From contig CDRNVI010000054.1 of the NCBI GenBank assembly GCA_977017575.1, positions 248,001 to 312,000 of the forward strand: DNA of 64,000 bases. The letters run 5' to 3'. Every line of letters begins with the position of its first letter. The stretch's first letter is position 1. Made by a program: the position numbers and the translations under genes. This stretch comes from Paramoeba atlantica (Eukaryota > Protista > Discosea). Of the stretch, positions 11,415 to 23,608 are shown one piece after another. Under the pieces are notes generated by a model. That model searched no databases, was not told where the DNA came from, and worked only from the letters and a program-made list of their open reading frames with translations.

Positions 11415-12357
11415 TTCTTGTTCTCAGAACAACCATGTATGGCGTATGTTTTTATACAAACGTTATGAAAGAGAAAACTGATACTATGTTTTACTGTTTT
11501 TTCGCTTACTGTGTCAAAACTGCTATGGCAAAACAAGATCACGCGAGATGACGTGAGATCATACCCGCTGCCCCTCATGTATATTTGGACCAAAATTGTT
11601 TGGGTCAATTTTTTGAATATTGAATCAAACAGAATATTTTCATATTAAAATTACTTTGGTGTTTTTATTATACTTTGACATATTCGTACACGTGACCATT
11701 TGGTCCTTGAGAGTGATTGTGTGCCGTGTACCTTACTGTTTTATCGCGGTATCTCATGGGTATGGTTTCTGATCCCTTTCCTCAGCAGGAAATATCCTAA
11801 TCTCGCTCGAAGTATGGGCGCACAATCGGTTCCATACCGATTCGTACTTGAAATTCGTACGTATGGGTACAGCTTTTGTTTACTAAGTGTGAATCATGGG
11901 TGTCTGTCATGAACACGAAATATCACTCACGACAAGCGTCGGTACTCAAACGGTTTAAAAATCGATGCTTATTCGTGGAAACTACGTAAACCCCTAGACA
12001 CCAATAAGGCGCCCCCTTAACTTTTCAGTAAAAGGTCTGTTTGAGCTGATTTTTGTTCAGTTCAATAATCGCTTCGCGAAAAGTGGGTATAAAAATATTC
12101 GCCTTAGAAAAAGAAACTCATAAGCATACCAGAATTGGGGGAACTCATAAGCAGGGGGGGTATAGTATTCAAATAGTTAAGAAATATATTACTATACACT
12201 ACAGTAGCTAAAACCCCCTATTTTAAACTCATTTGCAATACTTCCAATCAAGTTCGTTTTATTCCGGAAGTGAATCAACTTCTGCGGAAACTTGTAAAAA
12301 ACCTACTGTTTTCGCACGCTTCTTTTTGTACATAGTTCTCAAATTTGTCAAACGGGA

Positions 12358-14775
12358 ATGGAGAAGGAAACGCCCCGACGTACTCGATCTCGATCCTCCC
12401 CAGCGCTGCGGCCCCGAAACAGTTCACCATTCAATACCACTCCGCTTCACTCTTCCGTACCTGCTAACGAGCTCTACCGCACCACGAAAAGCTACGAGGA
12501 GTGGTACTTCTCACAACATCCTCGGGACCCTCGTCTACTCCCCCCTCTCTTTTTGCATGACAGCGCTGTCCCAACAAAAGAGGACGCCGGACACTCTCCT
12601 CTCTCCAATACTTCCATCCCTCATCCCGACGCCCCGTTCCCCCTTCTACTGGAGAACCTCTCACTGGAGCGAGGTCAGAATGGTAGCCACACTAAGGACC
12701 CCCTCACGTCTCGCTCCCCTCCGGGTCTCTCCCTTCGCGACCTTCGCGGGATTCCCACCCCGGAGATGCTCCCACGGAACTTACTGGAAAACACCACCCC
12801 GGCCCTCTCCCCCGCTCTCGCCCCCACCCAGTGCCGTAGTCCTGTCTTTCGTCTCCCACTTCCCCAACTCCCCTCATTGAATCCCCCAGAGCCCTCACCA
12901 TTCCCACGAAAGAAGAAACCCCAACACGCGCACAAGGAGAATAAGAGTCACACCACCACCACCACCATCACAACCCCTCGATCCCCGTTGTCCTCTGCGT
13001 TACCCGAGGAGACCCCAACCCCCACCCCCCCACCACCTGCTCTCTACCCCCCCCTCCCAGCCTCCCACCCTGCCGTACTCCCCACCCCACTCCCCTCCAG
13101 GGACACCCCCCACCTCGAGGGCGTAGTCCCCCCTATTCCGGATAACCCCCACCCCACCACACGGGTACCCTCCTATCCCCCCGCCGTACAACAGCAAGTC
13201 ACCCAACAACAACAACGATCCCAACAACAACGATCCCAGCAACAACAGCAACAGCAACAGCCCCTCTCCCACGCCTCCGAGTCCCCCACGCTCCGTGACT
13301 TCCACACGAACCGCCCCCGCTGGTCACTCCCCCACGCCCGCGGGTTCATCCCCGAACTCAGCCGGGACCAGGAGGGGAGTCGCTGGCTGCAGCACGCCCT
13401 CACCAGCGGCGTACTCCCCCAGGGGAGTAGTGGGGGCAGCAGTACTCTCAGCAGTACCCCCGGCCCGTGTGACTGGGTGGTCCGCGAGGTCCTGGACGAC
13501 CTCCTCGGGCTCTCCCGGGATGTGTACGGGAACTACGTGGTGCAGCGCGTGGTGGAGTGCGGCGGGGAGGGGGTGCGGGAGCGGGTGCGGGTGGCGCTCG
13601 CCCCCCACACGTTGGCGCTGTCCCGGGACACGTTTGGGTGTCGCGTGGTGCAGCACGTGCTGCGGTATGGGACGGAGCCGGGGCGGCGGGAGCTGATCGA
13701 GTGTTTTCGAGGTGAGGTGAGGGGGTTGGTGGTGGATGCGAATGCGAATCATGTGTTGCAGAAGGTGATTGAGACGACCCCGGCGTATGTGGGGTTTGTT
13801 GTGGAGGAACTGCTGCCGGAGGCGGAGAAGGTGGCGTGCCACAGTTTTGGCTGTCGTGTGGTGCAGCGGTTGTTGGAGCAGAGCCGGTATGTGTTTACGC
13901 AGTCACCGCATCCATTCTTGGAGAAGTTATTGCAGCACACTGCGACCTTAGTGCGGGACGAGTTTGGGAACTACGTGCTCCAACACTTACTCATGAGTAC
14001 CACGCCGGAATATCGAGAGAGGGTGGGGAAGCTGCTTGCAGCAGAGGCGGTGGCGCTGTCTTGTCATAAGTTCGCTTCGAATGTTATGGAGAAATTTATT
14101 CTTTGTGGAAATGAGGAGGTGGTTCTCGAGTTCGCCGAAAAAGTTTGTTGTTCCGATGAAAATTCCAGCGACAAGATCCCTGCAATGCGACTGGCGATGG
14201 ATCCCTTTGGCAATTATGTGATACAGAAATTATTACAGCGCCTCCCCTCCAAACCCAGGGAACGGCTAAGCACGATTTTACTTGCGCATGAGACTGCACT
14301 ACGGGACAACCCCTGCTGCCGGTCCCTCCTCGGCATACTCATGAGAAACGAAGAGAAACCTCTCCACAAAGCTTTTTCGCATCACGCGGGACGAGGAAGG
14401 GCGCATGATGTGCGTCGACCCGAGATGACCCCCGCCGGGCGGTTTAACCCCCGAGGTGGAAACACCCGCCCCCCTCGATGGGAGACTCGTGCTTCCCCGC
14501 TCCCAGCGATGAGTGGGTACCCGATGGAGCCTTCCTGGTGCCCCTCCTACCCCTACATGCCGACCGCAACATCTGCCGGGGGGTTGGAACCACCTAGGGC
14601 ACTTGATGCGTATGATCCTGTGGAACCCTTTGAGGGTACGATTCCAGGGTATTTTCCACAGTCCCAGATGCTCAACGAGGGGTATGTGCTGCAACCCGTA
14701 CAACCGCCCCCTCCCCCTCCCCCGTACTTCACGGAGGACAGATTGCCGCTAAACCCAGCCTTTCTGAAACGATAA
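12358..14775 (+). CDS. Pumilio/PUF-family RNA-binding protein with 8 PUF repeats; Pro-rich and poly-Q N-terminus
   Basis: Repeats GSRWLQ, GNYVVQ, GCRVVQ, ANHVLQ, GCRVVQ, GNYVLQ, ASNVME, GNYVIQ. Confidence 0.95.
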   Translation: MEKETPRRTRSRSSPALRPRNSSPFNTTPLHSSVPANELYRTTKSYEEWYFSQHPRDPRLLPPLFLHDSAVPTKEDAGHSPLSNTSIPHPDAPFPLLLENLSLERGQNGSHTKDPLTSRSPPGLSLRDLRGIPTPEMLPRNLLENTTPALSPALAPTQCRSPVFRLPLPQLPSLNPPEPSPFPRKKKPQHAHKENKSHTTTTTITTPRSPLSSALPEETPTPTPPPPALYPPLPASHPAVLPTPLPSRDTPHLEGVVPPIPDNPHPTTRVPSYPPAVQQQVTQQQQRSQQQRSQQQQQQQQPLSHASESPTLRDFHTNRPRWSLPHARGFIPELSRDQEGSRWLQHALTSGVLPQGSSGGSSTLSSTPGPCDWVVREVLDDLLGLSRDVYGNYVVQRVVECGGEGVRERVRVALAPHTLALSRDTFGCRVVQHVLRYGTEPGRRELIECFRGEVRGLVVDANANHVLQKVIETTPAYVGFVVEELLPEAEKVACHSFGCRVVQRLLEQSRYVFTQSPHPFLEKLLQHTATLVRDEFGNYVLQHLLMSTTPEYRERVGKLLAAEAVALSCHKFASNVMEKFILCGNEEVVLEFAEKVCCSDENSSDKIPAMRLAMDPFGNYVIQKLLQRLPSKPRERLSTILLAHETALRDNPCCRSLLGILMRNEEKPLHKAFSHHAGRGRAHDVRRPEMTPAGRFNPRGGNTRPPRWETRASPLPAMSGYPMEPSWCPSYPYMPTATSAGGLEPPRALDAYDPVEPFEGTIPGYFPQSQMLNEGYVLQPVQPPPPPPPYFTEDRLPLNPAFLKR

Positions 14776-15825
14776 TCTTTTGTAAATGTAGTAAGAGTAA
14801 TGAAAGAGGTGGAAGGAGTTTTTACCGCACGAAGTGTCATGCAGACATAATGTGTGTACTCCAGATAACAGCATGTGTAAATCGAGGCAGAATGGGTAAA
14901 TCGAACTTTCAATATAATTGATGTATTTTTGGTATCGAATGCAATTTCGTGGCAATCATGTTTTTGATTGGTTATTACTTATGTGAATTGGGTCAATCGC
15001 TTGATGACTTTTTCTGCATAGTCAACTTACAGGAGTTCGTAGAAGTTCCTTTATACGAAACAAGAAAACCACTTTTTAAGTATTGTTATAGTGCTAATAA
15101 ACTGGTTTAATTTTTGACGCTTAGGTACACAAGCTTCACAACAATGATTGACACGCGCGTGTTCTTTATTTTATGTTGGAAAACAACGCATACTTCCTAC
15201 AAGTATCACCGAAGAGAATAAATACCAATGCAGCGTGCATAGAACGTATAGCTAACTGAAGTGCAGTTCTTAAGAATGAATCGAAATATAGATATAGAAT
15301 CGAATTGACGTCCCCCCCAATGCACTCCTCACAGCGTACAGCTCAGTCTTTGCTTGCCCTGGTTGGTGATCGCATTTCGCGTCTTCTAGCGGGGGTGACT
15401 CTTTGTTTCGTCTAATAGATTCGCGTCCCGCAGACTACCACGGCGGCAAATTGTACTAGTACTGTACCCCACCATTTAATTGTCCCTTTTCCCGAAAAAC
15501 GGTGACACTTAAGTAGAGGGGTACATTATTCGGAGAAGAGTATGACCCCCATCCTTTACATTGCCCTGTAATTTCTTTAATTTTCGCTAATTTGCTCCTA
15601 GAAATACACGCTGAAGCGGTCTACCGGCTGATTATTCGTTGCATTTTTTCTACATTAGTTTCTATACGTTAGTTCCGTCCTATTTAGCGGTTCGTAGAGT
15701 TGAGCAAAATTAAATACTAAGAGGGGTGACTCTGGATGGGAGCGCCTGGAAGCGCCTAGAAGAGCCTGGGAGCGCCAACCTTTTTGCTAGAGGAGTCCAA
15801 GATCCTTGCTTTCATTTCTTTTATG

Positions 15826-15848
15826 CAGGGGTCCGAATAACTATAAAG
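15826..15848. mobile_element. Solo terminal sequence of the hAT-like family
   Basis: CAGGGGTCCGAATAACTATAAA is identical to the left end at 41490; no partner end found nearby. Confidence 0.6.
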
Positions 15849-16893
15849 AAAGCATAAAAGCTTTCTTTATATTTTTCGCCTCAGCAGTCGGGCGTCTGCT
15901 GCGGTTGAGACCAGGACCTCGCGTCGTAGATTTTACTCCCCGAGCGAAGCACCCGCACCGCTACCTACGCGGAAAGTGAGGAGACCACATTTCAGCGCAC
16001 TTTTCACGGAAAACGAGGTGTGCTTAAACGGGGGGGGCAGTGGGTCCAAAATCGATTATCATGGCAATCGGGGTAGCCATCCAAAAGGGGAACGCCCAGA
16101 TAGCGCATGCCGCGGTACAAAACTGGTACCGTAGGGGCGTGCGCTAATGGGTTCGGGGGATGACAAAAATAGAGGCAATGCTTCTTCAAATGCTTCTTCG
16201 ATTCTATTACTGGGGGGTATACGGTATTTGTTGTTGCGAATTTTCATTGTCGTTACCGCCGTCTCGAGCTGGGCATGCCTTATAAAGGGTGAAAATTTCC
16301 GTCTGGGGGGGTCTAGAATTGTAAAATTTGCTCAATTTTGTAAAATAATTGCGCATTGGAGGGCTCTCGCAGAGTTATATGTCTTTGGCGTATTCGCTCG
16401 ACTTGAAAGATTTAATCTGATGACAAAAAAATTGTCATTTGAGGGCTACGCTTGCAGTTGGACCTTGCCATCCATACAAGTAAACAAGTGTCGCAAACGT
16501 GGACTACACCAAATGTCGCAAACCCACCAGGTATTCGCATTTAAAAATTACCCCTAGTTGGCCCTTTCGTTGAACATTCAACGAAAGGGCGTTCAGGTCG
16601 TTGAAAGATCAACGAACTCTCGTCCTAAAATACGGTACACTGAAGAATGGGTCGGAGCGTACCGGAATAGTTTCAACCCTCATGGGGGGCTACCACGGGG
16701 CACTATACATGTGGGGGTCCACAGTAATATAATTATTCATCATTCTCCAAAACCTAGAATTAACCAAAAAATTAACCAAAAAAGAGTATTAATTATACTT
16801 TTTTTTGGTTAATATTATAATAATACGTTATTAAAAATGATGGTTTAACCGTTTAAGTGTGAACGTTTCAATACATTTTTATGGACCTCTCGC

Positions 16894-19191
16894 GTGCATC
16901 TACTATACGTACCCATTACATACACCCCCATGCCTACCATCCAGGACAATTCAAAGCCCGCACCAAAGGAGCTCGAGTCTTCCGTAAAACGTGCTATACC
17001 CACTCCAGCGAACCGTAGTACTGCCTCGAAACACGTACCGACATCCTCTTCCGTTCACCGAGCTTCTGCTTCTCAGTCTAACCTCCTCTCAACATCCTCG
17101 ACACCTCGTGGCAAACCGTTTTCCCCGTACTCTACTCCCCGCGGAGCCTCTAGTTCGAACAACACACCGCGGAACCCAATCCATACACCCCGATCCGCTC
17201 GGTTCCGAGAAACCCCGCCAACGCAGGTACCCTCTCCACCCGCTTCGCAGCTCCCACCTCTCAGCATCTTCCAGCGTTACGTACTCGTGCCCCTGATGGA
17301 CGCCCTGTTTTGGATTCTCGTCCACATCTTCTACCGTGAGGTCGTGGTCCTGGGTCGCGAACACATTCCCTCGACCGGCCCCGTCGTGTTCTACGGCAAC
17401 CATAACAACCAATTTATCGATGCGTTAATCCTGCGCTCCACCTGCCGCCGTAGGGTGCGATTTATTATCGCCGCCAAGAGTCTGCGTCGACGACTCATCG
17501 CGTTCTTTTCCACACTCATGGAGTGTGTCCCCGTGAGTCGTCCCCAGGATGTTGAACCCCTGGAGGGGGCGGGACGTGTAGTAGAGCTCCGTCACGGAAA
17601 CATGCTGGTGGGGAAACACACCCGCTTTACCCAGTACTCCCCAGGCACGACACTGTGGCTTCCCGAGGTACGCCGCATGCGCAACTCCCAACCCTCGGAA
17701 CACTACGATGCGGTGTACCAGGAAGTGTCCCCACCCGACGAGGGGGGAAGCGCTGAGGGACGGAGTGTGACCCTTTCCTCCACCCCAAAGGCGTCTCTCC
17801 CCACCCCCTCCACCCCTCGTACGTGGACTCACCCCCACGAGGCGCCCCCCGTGAGTGTTCAAATCCAGTCCGTTGTCTCCGACGAGACTGTGATTCTCCA
17901 CTCCCCCTACCCCGGCCTCCCCCCGGACCTCCGTATTGGGCTCAGCCCCAACGGCAACGGCCTCCCGTACCGCGCGAGTGTCCGCCCCGACCACTCCGCC
18001 ATGTACGCTGAGGTCTACGACACCTTGGGGCGCGGCGACGCGATTGGGATCTTCCCCGAGGGGGGCTCCCATGACCGCCCCTCGCTGCTGCCGCTGAAAA
18101 GCGGCGTAGCGGTGCTTAGCCTGGGGAGTGCGCAACGAGGGGTACCCCCGACCCTCGTGCCGTGTGGGCTAACGTACTTTTACGGTCACCGGTTTCGCTC
18201 CGTCGTCCATGTGGAGTTTGGTAAACCGATCCGCGTGACCTCGCAGCTTAGTGCGGCATATGCAGAGGATCGTAAGGGGACCACGGAGAAACTGTTGAGA
18301 CAGCTCTCTACGGCGTTACGTACGGTGACGTTAAATGCACCGGATATGGACACGCTGCGGTTTATTCACAGTCTGCGACGGCTGTACCAACCGCTTCGTA
18401 TGACACTCCCCGCGGAGCAGTATTTAAAACTGTTCCGGCACCTTAGTCGGTTAGTAGAGAACCACCCCGAGCATACAGCGCTGAAACAGTTTCGTGTCGA
18501 CGTCGAGGCGTACACCTCCAAGTGTGCTGCGTTGTTTGTAAAGGATAGCCAAGTCCCGACGCTTGAGGGACTGAAGCAGAAGCCCACATTTCGGATTCTA
18601 CTCCGTCGTGTGTTGCTGTTACTGGTGATGGGGACGCTGCTGCTTCCGTTTGCCGTGCTAGGACTCCCACTGGGGTATGTAGCGTCTACGATGGCTGAAC
18701 ACCACGCGCAGCAGGCAAAGGCGAGCAGTAATTTGAAACTGTTTGGAAAGGATGTCAAGGCGACGTATAAGCTGATCATTGGATTCTTTCTGTTTCCACT
18801 GGTGTGTGTAGTGCCTTCCTTGGTGGCGTGGCGCCTACATGGGATGGATACCGCATTGACAGTGCTGTTTTGCATTCCCCTGGTTATGTACCTTTCACTA
18901 TTTCTGGTGCGGGAGTGGCTGATGGAGCTACAGGCCGCGTTTCCGTTGTTTCTATCGATTCTTTCGAAACATAGGCAGTGTACAGAGCTGTACACCACCC
19001 GACCGGGACTGGTCAAGAGAGCCATGGAAATTGTGAATAGTTTGGACCCCACCCTGTCGCATGAAGTGTGGGGATTTCGTACAGATCGACCCTCTAAAGA
19101 AGCTTCATTATTTTCTCTTCGGCATATCATATCGAGGACAGACACTTCAGATGACCTCACTCCACCTTTGAGCGCGAGGGACTGTGCATAG
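16894..19191 (+). CDS. Glycerol-3-phosphate acyltransferase (SCT1/GPT2-like); first ATG at 16930
   Basis: Acyltransferase blocks GNHNNQFIDA (HxxxxD), VRFIIAAKS, VPVSRPQD, IGIFPEGGSHDRPSLLPLKSG; C-terminal hydrophobic helices. Confidence 0.92.
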   Translation: MHLLYVPITYTPMPTIQDNSKPAPKELESSVKRAIPTPANRSTASKHVPTSSSVHRASASQSNLLSTSSTPRGKPFSPYSTPRGASSSNNTPRNPIHTPRSARFRETPPTQVPSPPASQLPPLSIFQRYVLVPLMDALFWILVHIFYREVVVLGREHIPSTGPVVFYGNHNNQFIDALILRSTCRRRVRFIIAAKSLRRRLIAFFSTLMECVPVSRPQDVEPLEGAGRVVELRHGNMLVGKHTRFTQYSPGTTLWLPEVRRMRNSQPSEHYDAVYQEVSPPDEGGSAEGRSVTLSSTPKASLPTPSTPRTWTHPHEAPPVSVQIQSVVSDETVILHSPYPGLPPDLRIGLSPNGNGLPYRASVRPDHSAMYAEVYDTLGRGDAIGIFPEGGSHDRPSLLPLKSGVAVLSLGSAQRGVPPTLVPCGLTYFYGHRFRSVVHVEFGKPIRVTSQLSAAYAEDRKGTTEKLLRQLSTALRTVTLNAPDMDTLRFIHSLRRLYQPLRMTLPAEQYLKLFRHLSRLVENHPEHTALKQFRVDVEAYTSKCAALFVKDSQVPTLEGLKQKPTFRILLRRVLLLLVMGTLLLPFAVLGLPLGYVASTMAEHHAQQAKASSNLKLFGKDVKATYKLIIGFFLFPLVCVVPSLVAWRLHGMDTALTVLFCIPLVMYLSLFLVREWLMELQAAFPLFLSILSKHRQCTELYTTRPGLVKRAMEIVNSLDPTLSHEVWGFRTDRPSKEASLFSLRHIISRTDTSDDLTPPLSARDCA

Positions 19192-19562
19192 CACAATGTT
19201 CTTTGTTGTATTCCTCTCTTGATTTAATAGTTGAGCCACACTTTATACACGTACCATAAATCTATTGGCATGTTTTTTACGCTTTGCCTATATTGATGTC
19301 AAGATGAGTGTGCTCTAATTTCAGTTACAGTAAATGAAACTTCATTGCATTTATTCCACATTTCTTTGCTATGACACCTTCAGAAGTCATGACCTTCGGT
19401 AAGTAGAACTTATGATGACTACACGACAGGTTTGGAGATTTTGTAGCCGGCGTTTGACGCTCAGCCATCAGAAATATCAAACCTTCGATTTTCTTGCCAC
19501 TACTCCCATCGTTCTGTCGGGTTATACTATTTAACTCATCACCGACCTTCTGAACCTTTGGC

Positions 19563-22500
19563 ATGTTCCCGCGCACTCTTCTACGCTTTCTTCCGACTCT
19601 CTATAATGAGGATGACTGGCTAGAAAAGTTTGACGAAACCTTAACAACAACTCAGGAAAACGATTTGAAGAAAGTCAAGTCCATGTCTTTCAACGAATTG
19701 CTGAACAGAGTACGAAACTTTTCAAATAGGGACCACGCCAACGAGGAAAGTTCGAAAGTCGAATTGGAATCCGATACCATATCCGACTTCTCCTCCGAAT
19801 CCATTGTCCAAGACCTCAAAGGACACGACGAAGTCCGAATCCTCAACCAACCCAACACTGAACTTCCAGAGTCTCCCCTCCATCTCACTCCATCTTCCTT
19901 CCCCTCCTCTACCGCTTCCTCTTTCACTCCAGCCGTTGTACCCACCACCCTACCCTTAACCGACACCAACGCCCCGCCCTTTTTCTCCTCTCCCCCTTCC
20001 ACTCCCCCCAACCTCTCCACCACCAACACCCCAGACACCCCCCTCCCCCCTCTTAACCCCCTCCCCTACCTCTCCCGTGCCCTCCTCCCCCCCTCCCACC
20101 CCTTCTACCCCTCTACCACAACCGTTACTACTACGCCAGACTCTCCCTCTACTCCCTCTCCCTCTACTGCCTCTCCCTCCACAGCCTCTCCCTCTACTGC
20201 CTCTCCCTCCACCTTTTCCTCTACAATGCCTTCCCCTACTGCCTCTCCCTCCACAGCCTCTCCCTCCACAGCCTCTCCCTCTACTGCCTCTCCCTCCACA
20301 GCCTCTCCCTCCACTTCAGCCTCTCTCTTCACCTTCTCCTCTACAATGCCCTCCTCTCCCTCTACTCCCCGCCCCCCCTCCACCCCCCCTTCCTCCCCCG
20401 CCCCCCCCTCCTCTACCCCCCCCTCCTGGCTCCACGCCCTCGCGCTCTACCTCCACCACCCCCGCACCGCCCCCTGGCGCTCCTCCCTCTCCGGCCCCCG
20501 CGCCGCCCTTGCGCTCTGTGCCACCGCCCGGCCCCACGCCCCAGGCCCCGCGCGCCACATCGCCCACTGTATCCTGCAACGGTACCGTAAACCCACGAGC
20601 CGCAGGGAGTGGTGGGGGTGGGGGTAGTCGTGGTGGCAGTAGTGATAGTGGTAGTAGTAGTAGTAGTGGTGGTGGTGATCGTGATACTACGCGTACTACG
20701 ACTACGACCACTACTACGACTACGACTACTCCTCACTACCCCACCTACTCCCCCACGCTCGCGGGGTACGCGCTGCTGTGTATGGACTACCTGCTGGTGT
20801 GGTCCGCAGGGGTGAGCTGGGGAGAGGTGATGGCGACGGTGGGCCGGACCCCCTCCCCCGGGGCCTCGCTGTTGAGGTTGTGGGAGGCCACGGAGCGGGG
20901 GGAGGGGGGAGGGGGGGGAGAAGGCAGGGGGGAGGGGGGTGGACGGAGGGGGTATGGGGGAGGGGTGGGGAGAGCGGGGATGGCGGACCCGCTGCCGCAA
21001 CTTCCACCGTTGTGGAGGTATGCGGTGGCGTTGTTCACGTCGCATGTGGGGACGCAGCAGGAGGTGGAGAAGGGGTGGAATACCCATGGGCGGTTGCTTC
21101 GACGGTGCTTGATGGGGCTAACGACCCCTGCGAGGGGTGCGGCGGAGATGGCGGAGAAGATTGAGCAGGGGATTAGGGAGAAGAGCACGGTGCAATACCA
21201 ACAGGGGCGTGATTTCCGAAGGGAGTGGGCGGTATCGAGCAGGAGTTGTCCAAGTTGGCATGTTGCGCTGAAATTATACCTCTCGCCGTACTGTGTTCCC
21301 GCGGTTCGAAATGGTTTTACAGCGCTGCTGCTACAGAATTGGGGTCGCATGTACTTTCCGCATACTACCTGGTACGCCGTGCTGACAGTATATGCCCACG
21401 CGCGAGAGCATAATTTATCTTTGCTATGGGATTCCGAGACTCGGGAGGACACGTCGAGTAGCCAGAGTCGTTCTTTTAGCCGACCACCTTTAACTCCCTT
21501 TGTCAGCGTTATTAACGCACTCATGGCACAACATGACTATCAGCGAGCCGCGTACATGGAACATGCTCCAGCATCATGGGACGCGGTACCCAATACCGCT
21601 TATCAAGCTTCTACGCCGTGGGACGGCTTTGGAACCCGGCGGGAGACTTACCCACCCTACGTCGTAAATCTTGAGCAATCCCTTTTAACCTTCTGGGATG
21701 ACCTGTTTCGACGGTGCTCCTCACGAATGGGTAATACGCAAGCTGTCGCTTTGGAAGAGTTCTTAATCGTCTCCGTGTACAATGCTGTACGGGAACGTCC
21801 ACACTCCACGTGGCCTGCTCATCTTGCGCTGCTGCAACATTTTCTACACCATTTTCGCCGAATTAGTAAAGATTTTGAGGCGACACCCACGTATTCTGTT
21901 AAACATGGCTCTTCGTCAGGCAGGGACGAAACTTGTGAACCTGCCACAAACAGGGGCGATACATTGGATATTCTTTCCACGGACAATACACCACGGTCTC
22001 TGGTGTTCCCAAATCAACCCATAGCCTTGCAATATCAGAACGCCCTTGTTCATTTACTGGATGGTGTGCTGAACGTTTTCTCTCTGTCTAGAAAAACTCC
22101 GCCCGTTTCCCGTGAAGTCACCATGAGTCGAGGTCGCTACAAAGAACGTACGCCTCCATGGAGTCTTGCCTGTATGCTCTATGTAGATACAGCTCAACGG
22201 CAAAACAGCATTTACGCGGAGGCCTTATCGGGGACGGAAACTCACCATTGCCTTGTTCCACCAAGACGCTTAAATATCCGCATTTATCACAATCTAATTC
22301 GTGAGATGAGACGAGCGCGGAAATGGGAGATCGCACTGCGGTTGTATGCCGAACAATGCGGAGGTCAAGGTACACCAACTACGTATCAACAAAAGCCCAC
22401 AACAAAGAACTCTAATGATATTAATGGAGGGCTGGCACATTACAATGCCATTCCGTGTGCTGCTCTGTTTTACTCACTTGCCGAGGCACGAAAATCAGAA

Positions 22501-23337
22501 CTTCTGCGCCCTCTCCTCCTTAAATACGGATCCACACTCACAGATCGTGAAGCTGCCTCACTGCTTGCCTTGCTTGGACGTTCTCAATCGTGCTGGTGCA
22601 CGTCTCTCCACGTGTTGCAAAAGCGGTTACGAAGCACAATACAGAGCAGTCAGACAGGATCCTTGATTCCCAAGATCCCGCAAGAAACTGTTGAGCGCAA
22701 TGTGTCGCGCGAAAGATCCCCGGAGGATCGAGATCAGCTTCCACCTTGCGAGTCGGGCTACCGTGTCACCCTTTACAACATTGTGCTGACAAGACTGTTA
22801 CGACATGCTTCGACCCCAGCAACAACCACGGAGAAACAGGAACAAGTCCAGACACAAGATCAATGGTTGGCAGCAACCAAATTCGATCAAAATACAGTCA
22901 CCTGTTGTTGCGTTACATCATCTGAAACGAAGCGTAACGCAGAGTTCATCTACCCCTACACCCAGGCCCTGCGCGTCCTTAATGTTTTTCTCAAAGAAGA
23001 GAAGGACACGTTGACGGTTATTATTCCTGTCCTGCGACATGTTATGGAACGCTGCATCCCGTCTCTTGTCGAAGCCCTCCCAGAGTTTCACCCATTAAGG
23101 ACCGCAGCTTCATATTTTTCTCACCACGAGGAACTGAAAGCAAACGATGACAAATCATCCGAGGGGAAGAAAACGGAGCGTAGCTTTCATCAAACACAGA
23201 AAGTCGAAACGGATCGAAAATCCCCACCCGTTTCTTTGAAATTCGACCCTTTGGATGGGAAACACGCCATGGAATTCTGTGATTATTTAGGAAATGCACT
23301 GTTAAGATGCACGGTGGAACATTCGATACGAAAATAG
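19563..23337 (+). CDS. Large helical-repeat (PPR-like) protein, apparently one gene with a +1 frameshift near 20590-20625
   Basis: ORF 19563-20627 looks protein-like to SWLHALALYL...HCILQRY; ORF 20077-23337 becomes protein-like only after the Gly/Ser/Thr run. PPR-like helices IYHNLIREMRRARKWEIALRLY and LYNIVLTRLL; N-terminus MFPRTLLRF could be a mitochondrial presequence. Confidence 0.55.
20148..20320 (+). repeat. 15-bp coding minisatellite (ASPST)n
   Basis: Tandem GCCTCTCCCTC(C/T)AC(A/T) units. Confidence 0.85.
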
Positions 23338-23608
23338 GAGCAGAGCCGCTCTCGGAGAAGAATATCCTCCGGGGGGTCTACAAGGAAGTTGTTGGGTAGT
23401 CTAGTGTTGGTAAAAATATCCAAGTTTGGAAAGCAATAGCGCATTGGAGAGCTCTCGCAGACGTACATACGTGTATCTTATATATGAACCTTATAGAAAA
23501 CGATTCAAACAGTGGTTAGGAAAATTGGGTACCGATTCCAAAGCGTCACTTACACATTAATCAATTTACCTCTGCCTCTTTCCTACAATAATAGTCCAAA
23601 CACTGACA

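Larger units (their letters stand above)
7801..11579. mobile_element. TA-flanked composite element with short TIRs CATG(TG)AGGGGC(T/A)GCGGGT
   Basis: TA at 7799-7800 and 11580-81; imperfect TIRs; GAGATCAC tandem motif near both ends, also at 2205-2255 (revcomp). Confidence 0.5.
4234..11700. mobile_element. Degenerate outer copy of the pogo-like family, split by about 7.3 kb of nested insertions (boundaries approximate)
   Basis: 4234-4300 (gtcgagcagaaactttgac...tttggtccttcgagctcgaaaa...gtcggaccaatat) and 11581-11700 match consecutive parts of the left end of the element at 8607-8810. Confidence 0.5.
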
